Shown here piece after piece: positions 1 to 9,362 of a stretch of 50,350 nucleotides of DNA. Position numbers and translations under genes: made by a program. The notes under the pieces were generated by a model. It saw only the letters and a list, made by a program, of their open reading frames with translations. It searched no databases and was not told where the DNA came from. The DNA is from Prevotellaceae bacterium (GTDB taxonomy: Bacteria > Bacteroidota > Bacteroidia > Bacteroidales > UBA932). Numbering within the stretch: position 1 is the stretch's first letter; every line of letters begins with the position of its first letter. The stretch is taken from the NCBI GenBank assembly GCA_031274595.1, contig JAISPX010000141.1, forward strand, positions 1 through 50,350, written 5' to 3'.

Positions 1-154
1 AAAAAGCGATTGTCATTGCGGTACTGAATCAAGTTCAGCATTCCCGCTTATCGAACTTGTTCGCTTGGCTTGCCAAGAATCTCCTAATTATCACATGCGA
101 TTTTTCAGGAGATACCGTGTCAAGCACGGTATGACGGGCTTTTAAGACTGCCTC
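1..154 (+). repeat. MITE-like hairpin element, variant copy cut by the window start
   Basis: 81-154 (ctcctaattatcacatgcgatttttcaggagataccgtgtcaagcacggtatgacgggcttttaagac.gcctc) is near-identical to 19266-19339 and to the reverse complement of 43303-43376. The left arm carries a different hairpin (ctgaatcaagttcag) instead of gcgggcttgacccgc. Confidence 0.75.
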
Positions 155-159
155 TATTA

Positions 160-288
160 AATGAAAAGTGAAGAATGAAAAATGAAAAAATAATGATTAA
201 TAGTAAATCGTAAATAACAAAATCGTAAATAACAAATCACTTTCAACTTTATGAACTTTATAACTTTCAACTTTACAAACTTTCAACT
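160..288 (+). repeat. AT-rich short-period word modules (GAATGAAAA / TAGTAAATCGTAAAT / AACTTTCAACTTTA)
   Basis: The same ordered word modules recur at 11891-12098, 14680-14750, 31318-31352 and 49896-49945. They recur inverted at 941-1009, 1123-1165, 43153-43212, 49497-49530 and 50118-50165. All copies are intergenic. Confidence 0.8.
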
Positions 289-333
289 AAAAAAAATACC
301 CAAATAATAAAGAATTTTAACACTTTCAAAAAA

Positions 334-498
334 AAATTTGTCCCATAATTTACATTATGTTAACTTTCGGCGCAAAGTTAATCTAATTTTCAATAAGTTG
401 CAAATTTTAACTTTTCAATTTTTTACTCTCAAAAATCATCATTTCACTGATTACCTTGTATTTAAAACTTAACATAATGTAAATTATAGGACAAATTT
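334..498. repeat. 165-bp element: 30-nt inverted repeats (334-363 / 469-498, 29 of 30 complementary) flanking a 105-bp core
   Basis: aaatttgtcccataatttacattatgttaa versus the reverse complement of ttaacataatgtaaattataggacaaattt. A solo arm-like copy lies at 17820-17847. Confidence 0.8.
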
Positions 499-751
499 TT
501 AGTTTTACCGTGATACTGAAATAATTATGAAAAACCTTGTTGTTGTTAAGTTTATAGCGTTTTTACCTGTGGGCTTTGTGTCGGCACAGGCAAGGCATGC
601 GCGTGAAATAACCTGCATTAACGCAAATCAACAGATGTTTTTTAATGAACTAAAAGCCTTATCTATTCTTGGCTGCGCCGCTCTAAACATATTGTCGTTG
701 GCAGCGAAATTTTCCGCACAAGTATTTAAGATTTATCTGTTTGTATTCAGA

Positions 752-940
752 GTTTGCAGGAAGACATTTAAGGTTTGCAGGAAGACATTTAAGGTTTGCA
801 GGAAGACATTTAAGGTTTGCAGGAAGACATTCAGAGTTTGCAGGAAGACATTTAGAGTTTGCAGGAAGACATTTAGAGTTTGCGGGAAGACATTTAGAGT
901 TTGCAGGAAGACATTTAAGGTTTACAGGAAGACATTTTTT
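752..940 (+). repeat. 21-bp head-to-tail tandem repeat, 9 units (gtttgcaggaagacattt + aag/cag/tag-a linker)
   Basis: Unit starts fall at 752, 773, 794, 815, 836, 857, 878, 899 and 920. Variation is confined to the 3-nt linker plus two point changes in the last two units. Confidence 0.95.
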
Positions 941-1009
941 ATTTACCATTTTCTTATTTACTATTTACCATTAACCATTATTTTTCATTATATCATTATT
1001 TTTCATTTC
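941..1009 (-). repeat. Inverted copy of the AATGGTTAATG / TAGTAAAT / GAATGAAAA word modules
   Basis: atttaccattttcttatttactatttaccattaaccattatttttcattatatcattatttttcatttc is the reverse complement of the word set seen at 11891-11930 and 160-210. Confidence 0.7.
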
Positions 1010-1372
1010 AGCATGTCGTGCGGGTGAACGTTGTGTTTCTATTGACGTTTTGTTCTCCGCACTTGTGTTGTTGTTTTCTTTGCTACTAAGGGTTACTTGA
1101 ATAGATAAGGTTTTTTAATTCTTTTACCATTAACCATTTTATCATTAAATTAACAATTAACATCAATATATTAAAAATACTTTGTATTTATTATAAATCT
1201 TAAACAAAAGACCGAATAATATTTAATTTTTATTATAAAAGGCTTATCTGTATTAATTTCAAATCTTCACGTTTTATTTGTATTACATTTGAATATTTTC
1301 ATGGTTTTACTAAACCAAATGATGCTCGCCTGTGAAAATATAAAAATGAAGTTGGATTTAATTTTAAGATTT

Positions 1373-2155
1373 ATGAAACGGATATTATCATTTGTTTTTT
1401 TGTTTTTTATCGGCACAGGTTTATTGTTGTCTCAACATCGCGCATCTTCGGCGGCTGCAGACAGCGCCATGCACAAATCAAAACCACATAAAGTTAAAAA
1501 AAGTATTTTAATAGGAGCAGGAGTTCCATCGCTTATGATGACTTATGGCATATTTTCTCTAAAAAGTAAAGCGTTGATTCGCGTTGATAACAATACTCAA
1601 TATAAAGTGTATAAGCACAATTATTTATGGCATAGCCATTTGGACGATTATTTTCAGTTTTCGCCGGCTCTTGCGGCATTTACAATGAAACTTGCAGGCG
1701 TGAAAAGCAAACACAAATTGTCGGATATGATTATTATATATGCTTTAAGCAATATTTTGGAAACAGGTATAGTTCATGCAACAAAAAACATTACCAAGCG
1801 AATGCGTCCAGACGGTTCAAAAAATAATTCTTTTCCTTCGGGGCATACGGCTACGGCTTTCGTTGCGGCAGAGTTTCTGCATCAGGAATATAAAGATAAA
1901 TCGGTATGGATAAGCATTGGCGGTTACACAATGGCATCGCTTGTCGGAGTTTCGCGGATACTGAATGATAAACATTGGGTTAGCGATGTTGTTGCAGGCG
2001 CAGGCGTTGGCGTTATTTCAACAAAAATTGTGTATTGGACTTATCCTTATATGCAGAAAATGTTTAAACGCAAAAAAGGGAAGAAACTGCAAACTTTTAT
2101 TCTACCGTCATACAATAACAATGCGTTGGGTTTGAGTTTTTTGCATCGTTTTTGA
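1373..2155 (+). CDS. PAP2-family membrane phosphatase
   Basis: PAP2 motifs are present: KNITKRMRPDG (KxxxxxxRP), FPSGHTATAF (PSGH) and SRILNDKHWVSDV (SRxxxxxHxxxD), with hydrophobic N-terminal and C-terminal helices. The ORF-track start at 1289 is a TTG; the ATG at 1373 (MKRILSFVFLFF) or 1346 is more plausible. Confidence 0.85.
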   Translation: MKRILSFVFLFFIGTGLLLSQHRASSAAADSAMHKSKPHKVKKSILIGAGVPSLMMTYGIFSLKSKALIRVDNNTQYKVYKHNYLWHSHLDDYFQFSPALAAFTMKLAGVKSKHKLSDMIIIYALSNILETGIVHATKNITKRMRPDGSKNNSFPSGHTATAFVAAEFLHQEYKDKSVWISIGGYTMASLVGVSRILNDKHWVSDVVAGAGVGVISTKIVYWTYPYMQKMFKRKKGKKLQTFILPSYNNNALGLSFLHRF

Positions 2156-2168
2156 TTTCGTAAATGCT

Positions 2169-2573
2169 TTACTGTTTCCTTTTCTCAAATTCTTCTATTG
2201 CTTTTTTCCATTCGGCGGGAATGGGAAACGATGTATTGGTTTTTATATCAAGAGTTGAAAATACGCAGCGTGATTTCACTTTTATATTTCCTTTGTCATC
2301 AATTATTTGCTGCGTCATATCTACGCTGCGGTTACCAATTCGCGTTATTTCGGATACTGCAAAAATTGTATCGTCAATTAATGTGGGAAGCAAAAAATCG
2401 TTGTCAATATGAACTATCACAAGAGTTTTTTCGTTCCAGTCGATAAATTTTCCGAGAGTTTTGTTAAGATAATCTAATCGCGCCACATCAAAATATTGAC
2501 TGTATATCGAATTGTTTACATGTCCAAGTCTGTCAATATCGCTAAACCTTATCTGTATTTGAATTTTATGCAT
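2169..2573 (-). CDS. 4HBT/YbgC-type hotdog acyl-CoA thioesterase
   Basis: 134 aa. FSDIDRLGHVNNSIYSQYF matches the D-x-x-G-H-V-x-N signature of 4HBT thioesterases. Confidence 0.8.
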   Translation of the reverse strand: MHKIQIQIRFSDIDRLGHVNNSIYSQYFDVARLDYLNKTLGKFIDWNEKTLVIVHIDNDFLLPTLIDDTIFAVSEITRIGNRSVDMTQQIIDDKGNIKVKSRCVFSTLDIKTNTSFPIPAEWKKAIEEFEKRKQ

Positions 2574-2591
2574 TTCCGTAAAAAATTAAAA

Positions 2592-3155
2592 TCATTTTCT
2601 AATTACTTCAACTTCGTTTTTCAAACCCAATTTTATTATAGCCGATGGTTTGTATGTAGGGTTTCCTTCAAATTTTTTGTTCACAATAAAATCAACGTTT
2701 TTTATTATTTCCTGTGATATTTCGTTTATTGTTTTCGCCGCTTTTTCGCCCGAAATATTTGCCGATGTTGATACCAGAGGACGATTTAACGCAAATATCA
2801 GTTGTTTGCAAAACTCGTGATGCGCAACTCTTATTCCTATTGTTCCGTCTTCGGCAATCAGATTTGGCGCAAGATTTGTTGCCTGCGGATAAATTATTGT
2901 GAGAGGCGTATCGCTCAAGTCAATCAGGTCGGGAGCGATGTTCGGAATTTGTTTTACGTGTCGCGAAATTCTGTCGGCAGTATCAACCAGCACAAGCATT
3001 GATTTATTATCGTTTCGCTGTTTTAATTTGTAAATTTTTTCAACTGCGGCGGCGTTTGTAGCATCGCAGCCTATTCCCCACACCGTATCTGTCGGATATA
3101 AAATTATACCGCCGTTTTTGAGAATTTCAACAGTTTTTTTTATTTCATCTTTCAT
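2592..3155 (-). CDS. tsaC: L-threonylcarbamoyladenylate synthase (YrdC/TsaC type)
   Basis: 187 aa with ILYPTDTVWGIGCDATN and LVSTSANISGE, typical of the YrdC/Sua5 fold. Confidence 0.85.
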   Translation of the reverse strand: MKDEIKKTVEILKNGGIILYPTDTVWGIGCDATNAAAVEKIYKLKQRNDNKSMLVLVDTADRISRHVKQIPNIAPDLIDLSDTPLTIIYPQATNLAPNLIAEDGTIGIRVAHHEFCKQLIFALNRPLVSTSANISGEKAAKTINEISQEIIKNVDFIVNKKFEGNPTYKPSAIIKLGLKNEVEVIRK

Positions 3156-4195
3156 TATTCAATTTTTAATTTTACCACAATAGGATAATGGTCTGAACAG
3201 TTGATTTCTTTTGCAACTCTGTATTCGGCAACATCTATATCTCTGTCGGTGAATATATAATCAATTCGCAAAAATGACATCAGTTTTTTGTAAGTATTAG
3301 GTATTCCGCTTCCTGCTTCGATGAATGTATCTTTTTTGTTTCCGCGTATTTTTTGATAAGTGTAAGACATTGGCGTATCGTTAAAATCGCCGCAGATAAT
3401 TGCAGGGTAAGGCGATTTTGATAAACTTTGAGCGATAAAATCCGCTTGTTTGGCTCGTTTTACGAACGCATTTCGCAAATTTACAACTATGCGTTTCAAT
3501 TCTCGTTTATAACTGTCGGTTTTCAATAATTTTTTTTGCGTATTATCAGGATTAAAATTTGTTGACTGCAAATGACATGAATAGATTCTCAATGTTTTAT
3601 TGTTGATATTAATATTAGCAAAAGTCATATACTGTCCGCGGTTTTTAGGTTTTTCGTTGTTGGCTAACGGAAATTTGCTGAAAATTTTTTCGCCGCTGTG
3701 ATTTTCGCTGGTATATTTATAAATTTCCGAAATTTTCTGCCATGATGCATTTGTTTTCAATGTTCTGTCGGTCATTATATATTCTTGTAAACAAATAATA
3801 TCAGCATTTTCGGCAAGCAAAAAATCGGCGATTTCGGTGTATGCATGATTGCCGTTGTTTATGTTTTCAAAACTGTGCGTGTTATAACTTATTATTTTTA
3901 TTGTTTCTCCTTCCGCTTTATTTCCCGAAAATTGAAAAAATCTGCCGGTATATAATATTCCGGCAATTAATACGACAAAATGAATATATGCAATTTTGCT
4001 TTTTTTCAGCGTCCAAAAAATAAGAACAAATATATTTAAGATAAAAATTATCTGAAAAAACAATCCGAAAAACTGAAAAAACCAATATTTTGCAGGACTT
4101 ATGTAACATGCGCCTATTGACAGCAATAACATAATGTTCAACAAAATGCTGATTATTTTCAATATCAATAAAAATATTCTGGATATATTTTTCAT
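3155..4195 (-). CDS. Membrane-anchored endonuclease/exonuclease/phosphatase (EEP) family protein
   Basis: A multi-TM N-terminus is followed by EEP motifs ISYNTHSF, ICLQE, GDFNDTP and SDHYPI. Confidence 0.85.
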   Translation of the reverse strand: MKNISRIFLLILKIISILLNIMLLLSIGACYISPAKYWFFQFFGLFFQIIFILNIFVLIFWTLKKSKIAYIHFVVLIAGILYTGRFFQFSGNKAEGETIKIISYNTHSFENINNGNHAYTEIADFLLAENADIICLQEYIMTDRTLKTNASWQKISEIYKYTSENHSGEKIFSKFPLANNEKPKNRGQYMTFANININNKTLRIYSCHLQSTNFNPDNTQKKLLKTDSYKRELKRIVVNLRNAFVKRAKQADFIAQSLSKSPYPAIICGDFNDTPMSYTYQKIRGNKKDTFIEAGSGIPNTYKKLMSFLRIDYIFTDRDIDVAEYRVAKEINCSDHYPIVVKLKIE

Positions 4196-4202
4196 GCAAA
4201 TT

Positions 4203-4925
4203 TCAGTAAAAAATATTTCGTTTTTTACCCCAAACTTTTATAAGTATAAATCCGAAAATCATTCCGCCCAAATGCGCCGTGTGCGCTATTCCGCCGCCAA
4301 CAGGATTATTGATTGCTAGATACAATTCTATTGCTCCGTAAATTATTACAAAATATTTTACTTTTAATCTTACGGGAGGAAATAATAATTGCAAAACAGT
4401 ATTCGGAAACAACATTCCAAAGCCGAGCAAAACGCCGAAAACTGCGCCGGATGCGCCGACAACAGGAATATTTATAATGTTATACCAATTCCTTATGTAA
4501 AAATCTGTTGACGTAGATTTTAATCCTTCGTCAAGCCATAATCTCATTTGCTGAAGCATTGATTCGTCGATGTGCGACTGTATTGAACTTATCTGAAAAT
4601 AATTCACAAGCGTGTAAATTGCGGCTGCGCCTAATCCCGTAACAAAATAGAAAATGAAAAATCGTTGCGAACCCCAGACTTTTTCAAGTATTTTGCCAAA
4701 CATCCACAATGCATACATATTGAATATTAAATGGAAAATTCCGCCATGCATAAACATGTGCGTAATAAATTGGTACGGTTTGAAAAACGGCGAGGACGGG
4801 TAAAAAAGAGCAAAACCGGAAAGGTCGAATAGATTGCTCGCTATCAGCATCAACACATTTATAATTATTATGTTTGTTACAACAGGTGTTGATTTGTCAA
4901 AAATTGTGTTTGTCGTATAACTCAT
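4203..4925 (-). CDS. Rhomboid-family intramembrane serine protease
   Basis: HMFMHGGIFHLIFNM, GASGAVFG (catalytic Ser) and AHLGGMIFG (catalytic His), with six hydrophobic segments. Confidence 0.9.
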   Translation of the reverse strand: MSYTTNTIFDKSTPVVTNIIIINVLMLIASNLFDLSGFALFYPSSPFFKPYQFITHMFMHGGIFHLIFNMYALWMFGKILEKVWGSQRFFIFYFVTGLGAAAIYTLVNYFQISSIQSHIDESMLQQMRLWLDEGLKSTSTDFYIRNWYNIINIPVVGASGAVFGVLLGFGMLFPNTVLQLLFPPVRLKVKYFVIIYGAIELYLAINNPVGGGIAHTAHLGGMIFGFILIKVWGKKRNIFY

Positions 4926-4926
4926 G

Positions 4927-6723
4927 TTATTTTAAAAATCGTGTTTTTATTTCTTCAAATGTTATTGTTATTAACGCAGGCTTGCCTTCGGGACAAATAT
5001 TCGGATTTTTGCACGACAATAATTTACCGACAATATCATTCATTTCTTCGGCATTTAATGTTTTGTTTCCAATCGCCGAAATTTTTGCCAATGTCAGCGC
5101 CAATCGTTCTTTACTCTTTTTTTCGATATTGGATGTTTCTTCTTTCAAATCGTCAATTATCATTTTAACGATATTTTCGGGGTCAATATTTTCAATACTT
5201 GTCGGCAATCCGTAAACCACTACTGTGTTTTTTCCGAAAATTCTTATATCAAAACCCAATTTATACAAATCGTCAATTCGTTCCGAAATTGCTACAAAAT
5301 CCATTGCGCTCAATTCAATTGTTTTCGGAAAAACTTCTTGTTGCGCATAATCGTTTTCCGATTCCGTACTGTTTAAAAATTGCTCAAACAAAATTCGTCT
5401 GTGCGCACGTTTTTGGTCTATTATCATCAAGCCTGACTTTGAGTTTGTAGCGATGTATTGATCTTTTATCTGAATAAATTTTTCTGTCAGCGATTGCGGA
5501 GATGTAAATAATTTTAAAGTATCGGTTTCATCTTTTTCGAGTTCAAAAACATCTGTTCCTTCATAAATTTTTTGCCAGTTTGTATCAATTTTTTCAGATT
5601 TAAATCCGCTGTTTTTTCTTTCATTGTCAAAAGGATTGAATGTTTCGTCAACATTCAGCTTTGGAGTTACGATTTTTGTATTGGGCATCAATACGGGAAT
5701 GTCAATAGGATTTTCGACATCAAAATCTATTTTCGGCGCTAATGCAAATTTTCCCAGAGTTTCGCGTATTGCGGCGTTAAGCACTTGCCAGATTGTTTGT
5801 TCCTCGCTGAATTTTATTTCAACTTTTGTGGGATGAATATTTACATCCAAATTTTGAGGCTCGACTGTGAGATATATAAAAAATCCGGGATATGAGCCTG
5901 ATTGAATTAATTGGTCGTATGCATTGACAATGGCTTTTTGAAAATATGCGCTTCTGAAAAATCTGTTGTTTGCAAAGAAAAACTGTTCTCCAGCAGTTTT
6001 TCGGGTTTGTTCTGGTTTGCTTATGTAACCGTCTATTTTCACGATACTTGTATCAACCTGCACCGAAAGAAGATTGCTGCCTGTATTTTTCCCAAAAATT
6101 CCTGTAATGCGTTGTCTGATGTTACCTTTCGGCAAATTATAAATTGTTGTTCCGTTTGATGCAAGCGTAAATTCGATATGAGGATTGCAAAGCGCTACAC
6201 GTTGAAATTCACTCATTATGTGTTTCAATTCAACATTATCCGATTTCAAAAATTTGCGTCTTGCGGGAACATTGAAAAATAAGTTTCGTATCTCAAACGA
6301 TGAACCTGCCGGACAACTTATTGTTTCCTGACTCACCAGAGTAGATGCATTTATACGGATTTGTGTTCCTGTTTCGTCTTCGTGCCGTCGTGTTTTAAGT
6401 TCTGTTTCGGCAATCGAAGCAATTGATGCTAAGGCTTCGCCGCGAAAGCCGAAAGTATATAATTTCAGCAAATCATCAGCCGAGTTTATTTTGGAAGTGG
6501 CATGTCGTTCAAACGACAAACGCGCATCCGTATCGCTCATGCCCGAACCGTTATCTGTTACTTGTATTAGCGTTCGTCCTGCATCTTTCACAAGTACGTT
6601 TATAGATGTGCTTCCCGCATCAACCGCATTTTCGATTAATTCTTTTATAACCGAAGCCGGACGCTGGATTACTTCGCCCGCCGCTATCTGATTTGCTACG
6701 CTATCCGGTAAAACTTTTATCAT
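4927..6723 (-). CDS. mutL: DNA mismatch repair protein MutL
   Basis: 598 aa. N-terminal GHKL ATPase motifs VANQIAAGEVIQRPASVIKELIENAVDAGS, DNGSGM and GFRGEALASI, followed by a C-terminal dimerisation domain. Confidence 0.95.
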   Translation of the reverse strand: MIKVLPDSVANQIAAGEVIQRPASVIKELIENAVDAGSTSINVLVKDAGRTLIQVTDNGSGMSDTDARLSFERHATSKINSADDLLKLYTFGFRGEALASIASIAETELKTRRHEDETGTQIRINASTLVSQETISCPAGSSFEIRNLFFNVPARRKFLKSDNVELKHIMSEFQRVALCNPHIEFTLASNGTTIYNLPKGNIRQRITGIFGKNTGSNLLSVQVDTSIVKIDGYISKPEQTRKTAGEQFFFANNRFFRSAYFQKAIVNAYDQLIQSGSYPGFFIYLTVEPQNLDVNIHPTKVEIKFSEEQTIWQVLNAAIRETLGKFALAPKIDFDVENPIDIPVLMPNTKIVTPKLNVDETFNPFDNERKNSGFKSEKIDTNWQKIYEGTDVFELEKDETDTLKLFTSPQSLTEKFIQIKDQYIATNSKSGLMIIDQKRAHRRILFEQFLNSTESENDYAQQEVFPKTIELSAMDFVAISERIDDLYKLGFDIRIFGKNTVVVYGLPTSIENIDPENIVKMIIDDLKEETSNIEKKSKERLALTLAKISAIGNKTLNAEEMNDIVGKLLSCKNPNICPEGKPALITITFEEIKTRFLK

Positions 6724-7154
6724 TATTCGTCTGTATTTTCTGTGATTTCAGTATCTTCGTCAACAATTACAATTTGAGTTTCGGGATTCATGTCGTATTT
6801 TTCCAAATCGTTAGTGTTTTCGGTTTTCGGTTTGTTATTATAATTTTCGGGATTTATGAGATATGAAAAATTACGTATCGAAGCAAAAATGGCTATAACA
6901 AAAAGTAAAATAGCGGCGTAAACAAAAAGACGCTTATTAGGCAATTTTGCTTCGGCTCGTTTCTGGTCTGCTCCGTAAGCCTTTCTGAAATTGATATTTT
7001 CGCGCTTAAAAGTATATTCTTCGTCGTTATTTTGTTTCAAACCTTCTTCAATTTTGCGGACACGCTCGTTTAATTCCTCCTTGTCGGCATCGTAGTATCT
7101 TGGTTTGTAGTTGAAAACACGATGTTTGGGTATTTTAAAAAAAGTTATTTTCAT
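6723..7154 (-). CDS. Hypothetical single-pass membrane protein, 1-nt overlap with the mutL start
   Basis: 143 aa with one hydrophobic helix (LFVYAAILLFVIAIFASI), a charged N-terminus and an acidic C-terminal tail. The tight coupling to mutL supports that it is a real gene. Confidence 0.6.
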   Translation of the reverse strand: MKITFFKIPKHRVFNYKPRYYDADKEELNERVRKIEEGLKQNNDEEYTFKRENINFRKAYGADQKRAEAKLPNKRLFVYAAILLFVIAIFASIRNFSYLINPENYNNKPKTENTNDLEKYDMNPETQIVIVDEDTEITENTDE

Positions 7155-7457
7155 ATTATGTTGCTTATATATTTTTGCAAAATTATCTTACAAAGATAAT
7201 TAAAATTTGAATATCAATTATAAAAAATACGAAACGATACATTTTTCGTATTACAACTAAATTATAAGACTTTTTCTTATCCATTGGTTGAGGCATGCTG
7301 CAAATAGTGTTTTTTTTAAACTTGGTTGCATTGATTTTTGCAGGTAAAACTATTTTAAAGTAAAACATTTTTTTTAACACTAAAATTTTTGCAAATAAAA
7401 AATTCAATATTACTTTTGTCTTGAATTAACAAAAATGTTAAACTGAAATATTAAACA

Positions 7458-8075
7458 ATGGAATTAAAAAATGCAAACACAGAACAATTAATTTTGGATG
7501 CGGCTGAAAAAATCTTTTTGGATAAAGGTTTTTCCGGCGCAAAAACGACTGATATTGCAAACGCTGCCGGAGTAAATCATGCTTTATTGCATTATTATTT
7601 TCACACAAAAGAAAACCTTTTCAACAAAGTTTTTGAGAATAAAGCAGACTTGCTTCTTATGACTTTCAAAACGTCTTTTGATACAGATTTGCCTTTCTTG
7701 GAAAAAATAAGAATTACTATTGAATCTCATTTTGATTTTATCGGAGTTAATCCTAAAATACCCATGTTTATTCTTCGCGAAGTGGTTTCAAACAAAGAAA
7801 AAAGAGATTTTATTATTGAAAAAATTTTCCCAAGAGCGTACAGTGTGCTTGAACAATTAAGAAAATCAATAGATGAAGAGGTCGGCAAAGGAACTATTTC
7901 GCCTGTCGAACCAATTGATTTAATGATGAATATTGCTTCGCTGAATGTATTATCGTATGTGGCGGCTCAGGTTTATTTCAATTTTGGCAACGAAAATACC
8001 GATGAACTTAATAAATTTCTTTCACAACGGAAAAAAAATAATGTAGAAGTGATTTTGAAAAGTTTAAAACCATGA
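7458..8075 (+). CDS. TetR/AcrR-family transcriptional regulator
   Basis: N-terminal HTH GFSGAKTTDIANAAGVNHALLHYYF. It is the first gene of the efflux operon. Confidence 0.9.
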   Translation: MELKNANTEQLILDAAEKIFLDKGFSGAKTTDIANAAGVNHALLHYYFHTKENLFNKVFENKADLLLMTFKTSFDTDLPFLEKIRITIESHFDFIGVNPKIPMFILREVVSNKEKRDFIIEKIFPRAYSVLEQLRKSIDEEVGKGTISPVEPIDLMMNIASLNVLSYVAAQVYFNFGNENTDELNKFLSQRKKNNVEVILKSLKP

Positions 8076-8088
8076 AAATAATAAATTT

Positions 8089-9345
8089 ATGAAAAATTTA
8101 TTTAGCATATTCATATTTTTGATTTCTTTTAATTTGTCGGCACAATTTATCACTATTGACGAATGTCATAAAAAAGCAAAAGAGAATTATCCGCTTATCA
8201 GGCAATATGATTTGATTGAGCGTTCCAAAGAATATACTTTGTCGAATATAACCAAAGGTTATTTTCCCCAATTTCAAATAAATGCAAAGGCGACTTATCA
8301 ATCGGATGTAACATCAATTCCGATTTCTGTTCCGAATATGGATATTCCAAAAATTTCAAAAGACCAATACAATGCATCAATTGAGGTTTCGCAAATTCTA
8401 TGGGATGGAGGCTCTATCGGCGCTCAAAAGAAAATTGTTGCTGTCGGTACAGAGGTCGATAAGCAGCAGTTGCAAGTCAATTTATATGCTGTTGAGATGA
8501 AAATCAACCAGTTGTTTTTCGGTATTTTGTTATTGGATTCGCAATTGGAACAAAATCGAATTTTTCAAGAAGAACTGAATATAAATTGTTCTACTGTCGA
8601 AAATTACATCGAAAACGGTATTGCCGGCGCATCCGATTTGGACGCTGTAAAAGTAGAATTATTGAACGCCAAACAAAACCGCATACAACTTCAATCGACT
8701 CGGCAAGCCTACATGGATATGCTGTCTTACATGATTGGAGAAAAATTTAACGCGCATACTCAGTTAATTAAACCTGATATTTCCAAATGGTTGTTGCCAA
8801 ACGGTATAAATCGACCCGAATTACAATGGTTTGAATTGCAAAATAAGATGTTCACATTGCATAAGGATTTATTAAAAACAGGTTACATGCCGAAATTCAA
8901 CTTTTTTCTGCAAGGCGGTATCGGACGTCCGGCTTTAAATATGTTTTCGCGCAATTTTGATACTTATTACGTTGGCGGTATTCGATTGTCTTGGAATTTC
9001 GGCGCTTTGTACACAAGAAAAAATGATTTGCAAAAAATAGATATTCAACAACATATTGTTGACAGCAAACGAGAAACATTTCTTTATGATTTGCAATTGG
9101 AGATAACTCACCAAAATCATGATATTACGCGTTTGAAAGAACAAATGCAATATGATGATGAAATAATCGCTTTGCGCAAAAATATAAAACAAACGGCAGA
9201 AACCAAACTCGCCAACGGAACAATAACCGTAGCAGACTGGATGCACGAAGTCAATCGGGAAAATATTGCCCGACAAACTAAAATTTTACATGAAATAGAA
9301 TTAATGATAAGTATTTACTCTCTAAAACATGCTACAAATGAATAA
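8089..9345 (+). CDS. TolC-family outer-membrane efflux protein
   Basis: 418 aa with a signal peptide, a two-fold internal repeat architecture and a position next to HlyD/ABC genes. Confidence 0.85.
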   Translation: MKNLFSIFIFLISFNLSAQFITIDECHKKAKENYPLIRQYDLIERSKEYTLSNITKGYFPQFQINAKATYQSDVTSIPISVPNMDIPKISKDQYNASIEVSQILWDGGSIGAQKKIVAVGTEVDKQQLQVNLYAVEMKINQLFFGILLLDSQLEQNRIFQEELNINCSTVENYIENGIAGASDLDAVKVELLNAKQNRIQLQSTRQAYMDMLSYMIGEKFNAHTQLIKPDISKWLLPNGINRPELQWFELQNKMFTLHKDLLKTGYMPKFNFFLQGGIGRPALNMFSRNFDTYYVGGIRLSWNFGALYTRKNDLQKIDIQQHIVDSKRETFLYDLQLEITHQNHDITRLKEQMQYDDEIIALRKNIKQTAETKLANGTITVADWMHEVNRENIARQTKILHEIELMISIYSLKHATNE

Positions 9346-9362
9346 TTTTTCAAACTTAAATA

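Noticed and set aside
752-940. CRISPR array hypothesis for the 21-bp arrays (also 12154-12321) and for the X/Y/Z repeats
   Set aside because: The units are contiguous head-to-tail with no spacers and are 21 nt long. The X/Y/Z units are 100-140 nt. There are no cas genes in the window.
527-1027. 166-aa ORF (and overlapping ORFs 741-974 + and 683-949 -) running through the first 21-bp tandem array
   Set aside because: The repeat unit lacks stop codons in at least three frames, so long ORFs arise automatically. The predicted products are KVCRKTF-type repeats followed by repeat-module translation. There is no independent coding signal, so I kept it only as a repeat.
7183-7407. 74-aa ORF in the mutL-operon / TetR intergenic region
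   Set aside because: The stretch is very AT-rich and low-complexity, and it lies exactly where the divergent promoters of the flanking operons should be. There is no coding signature.
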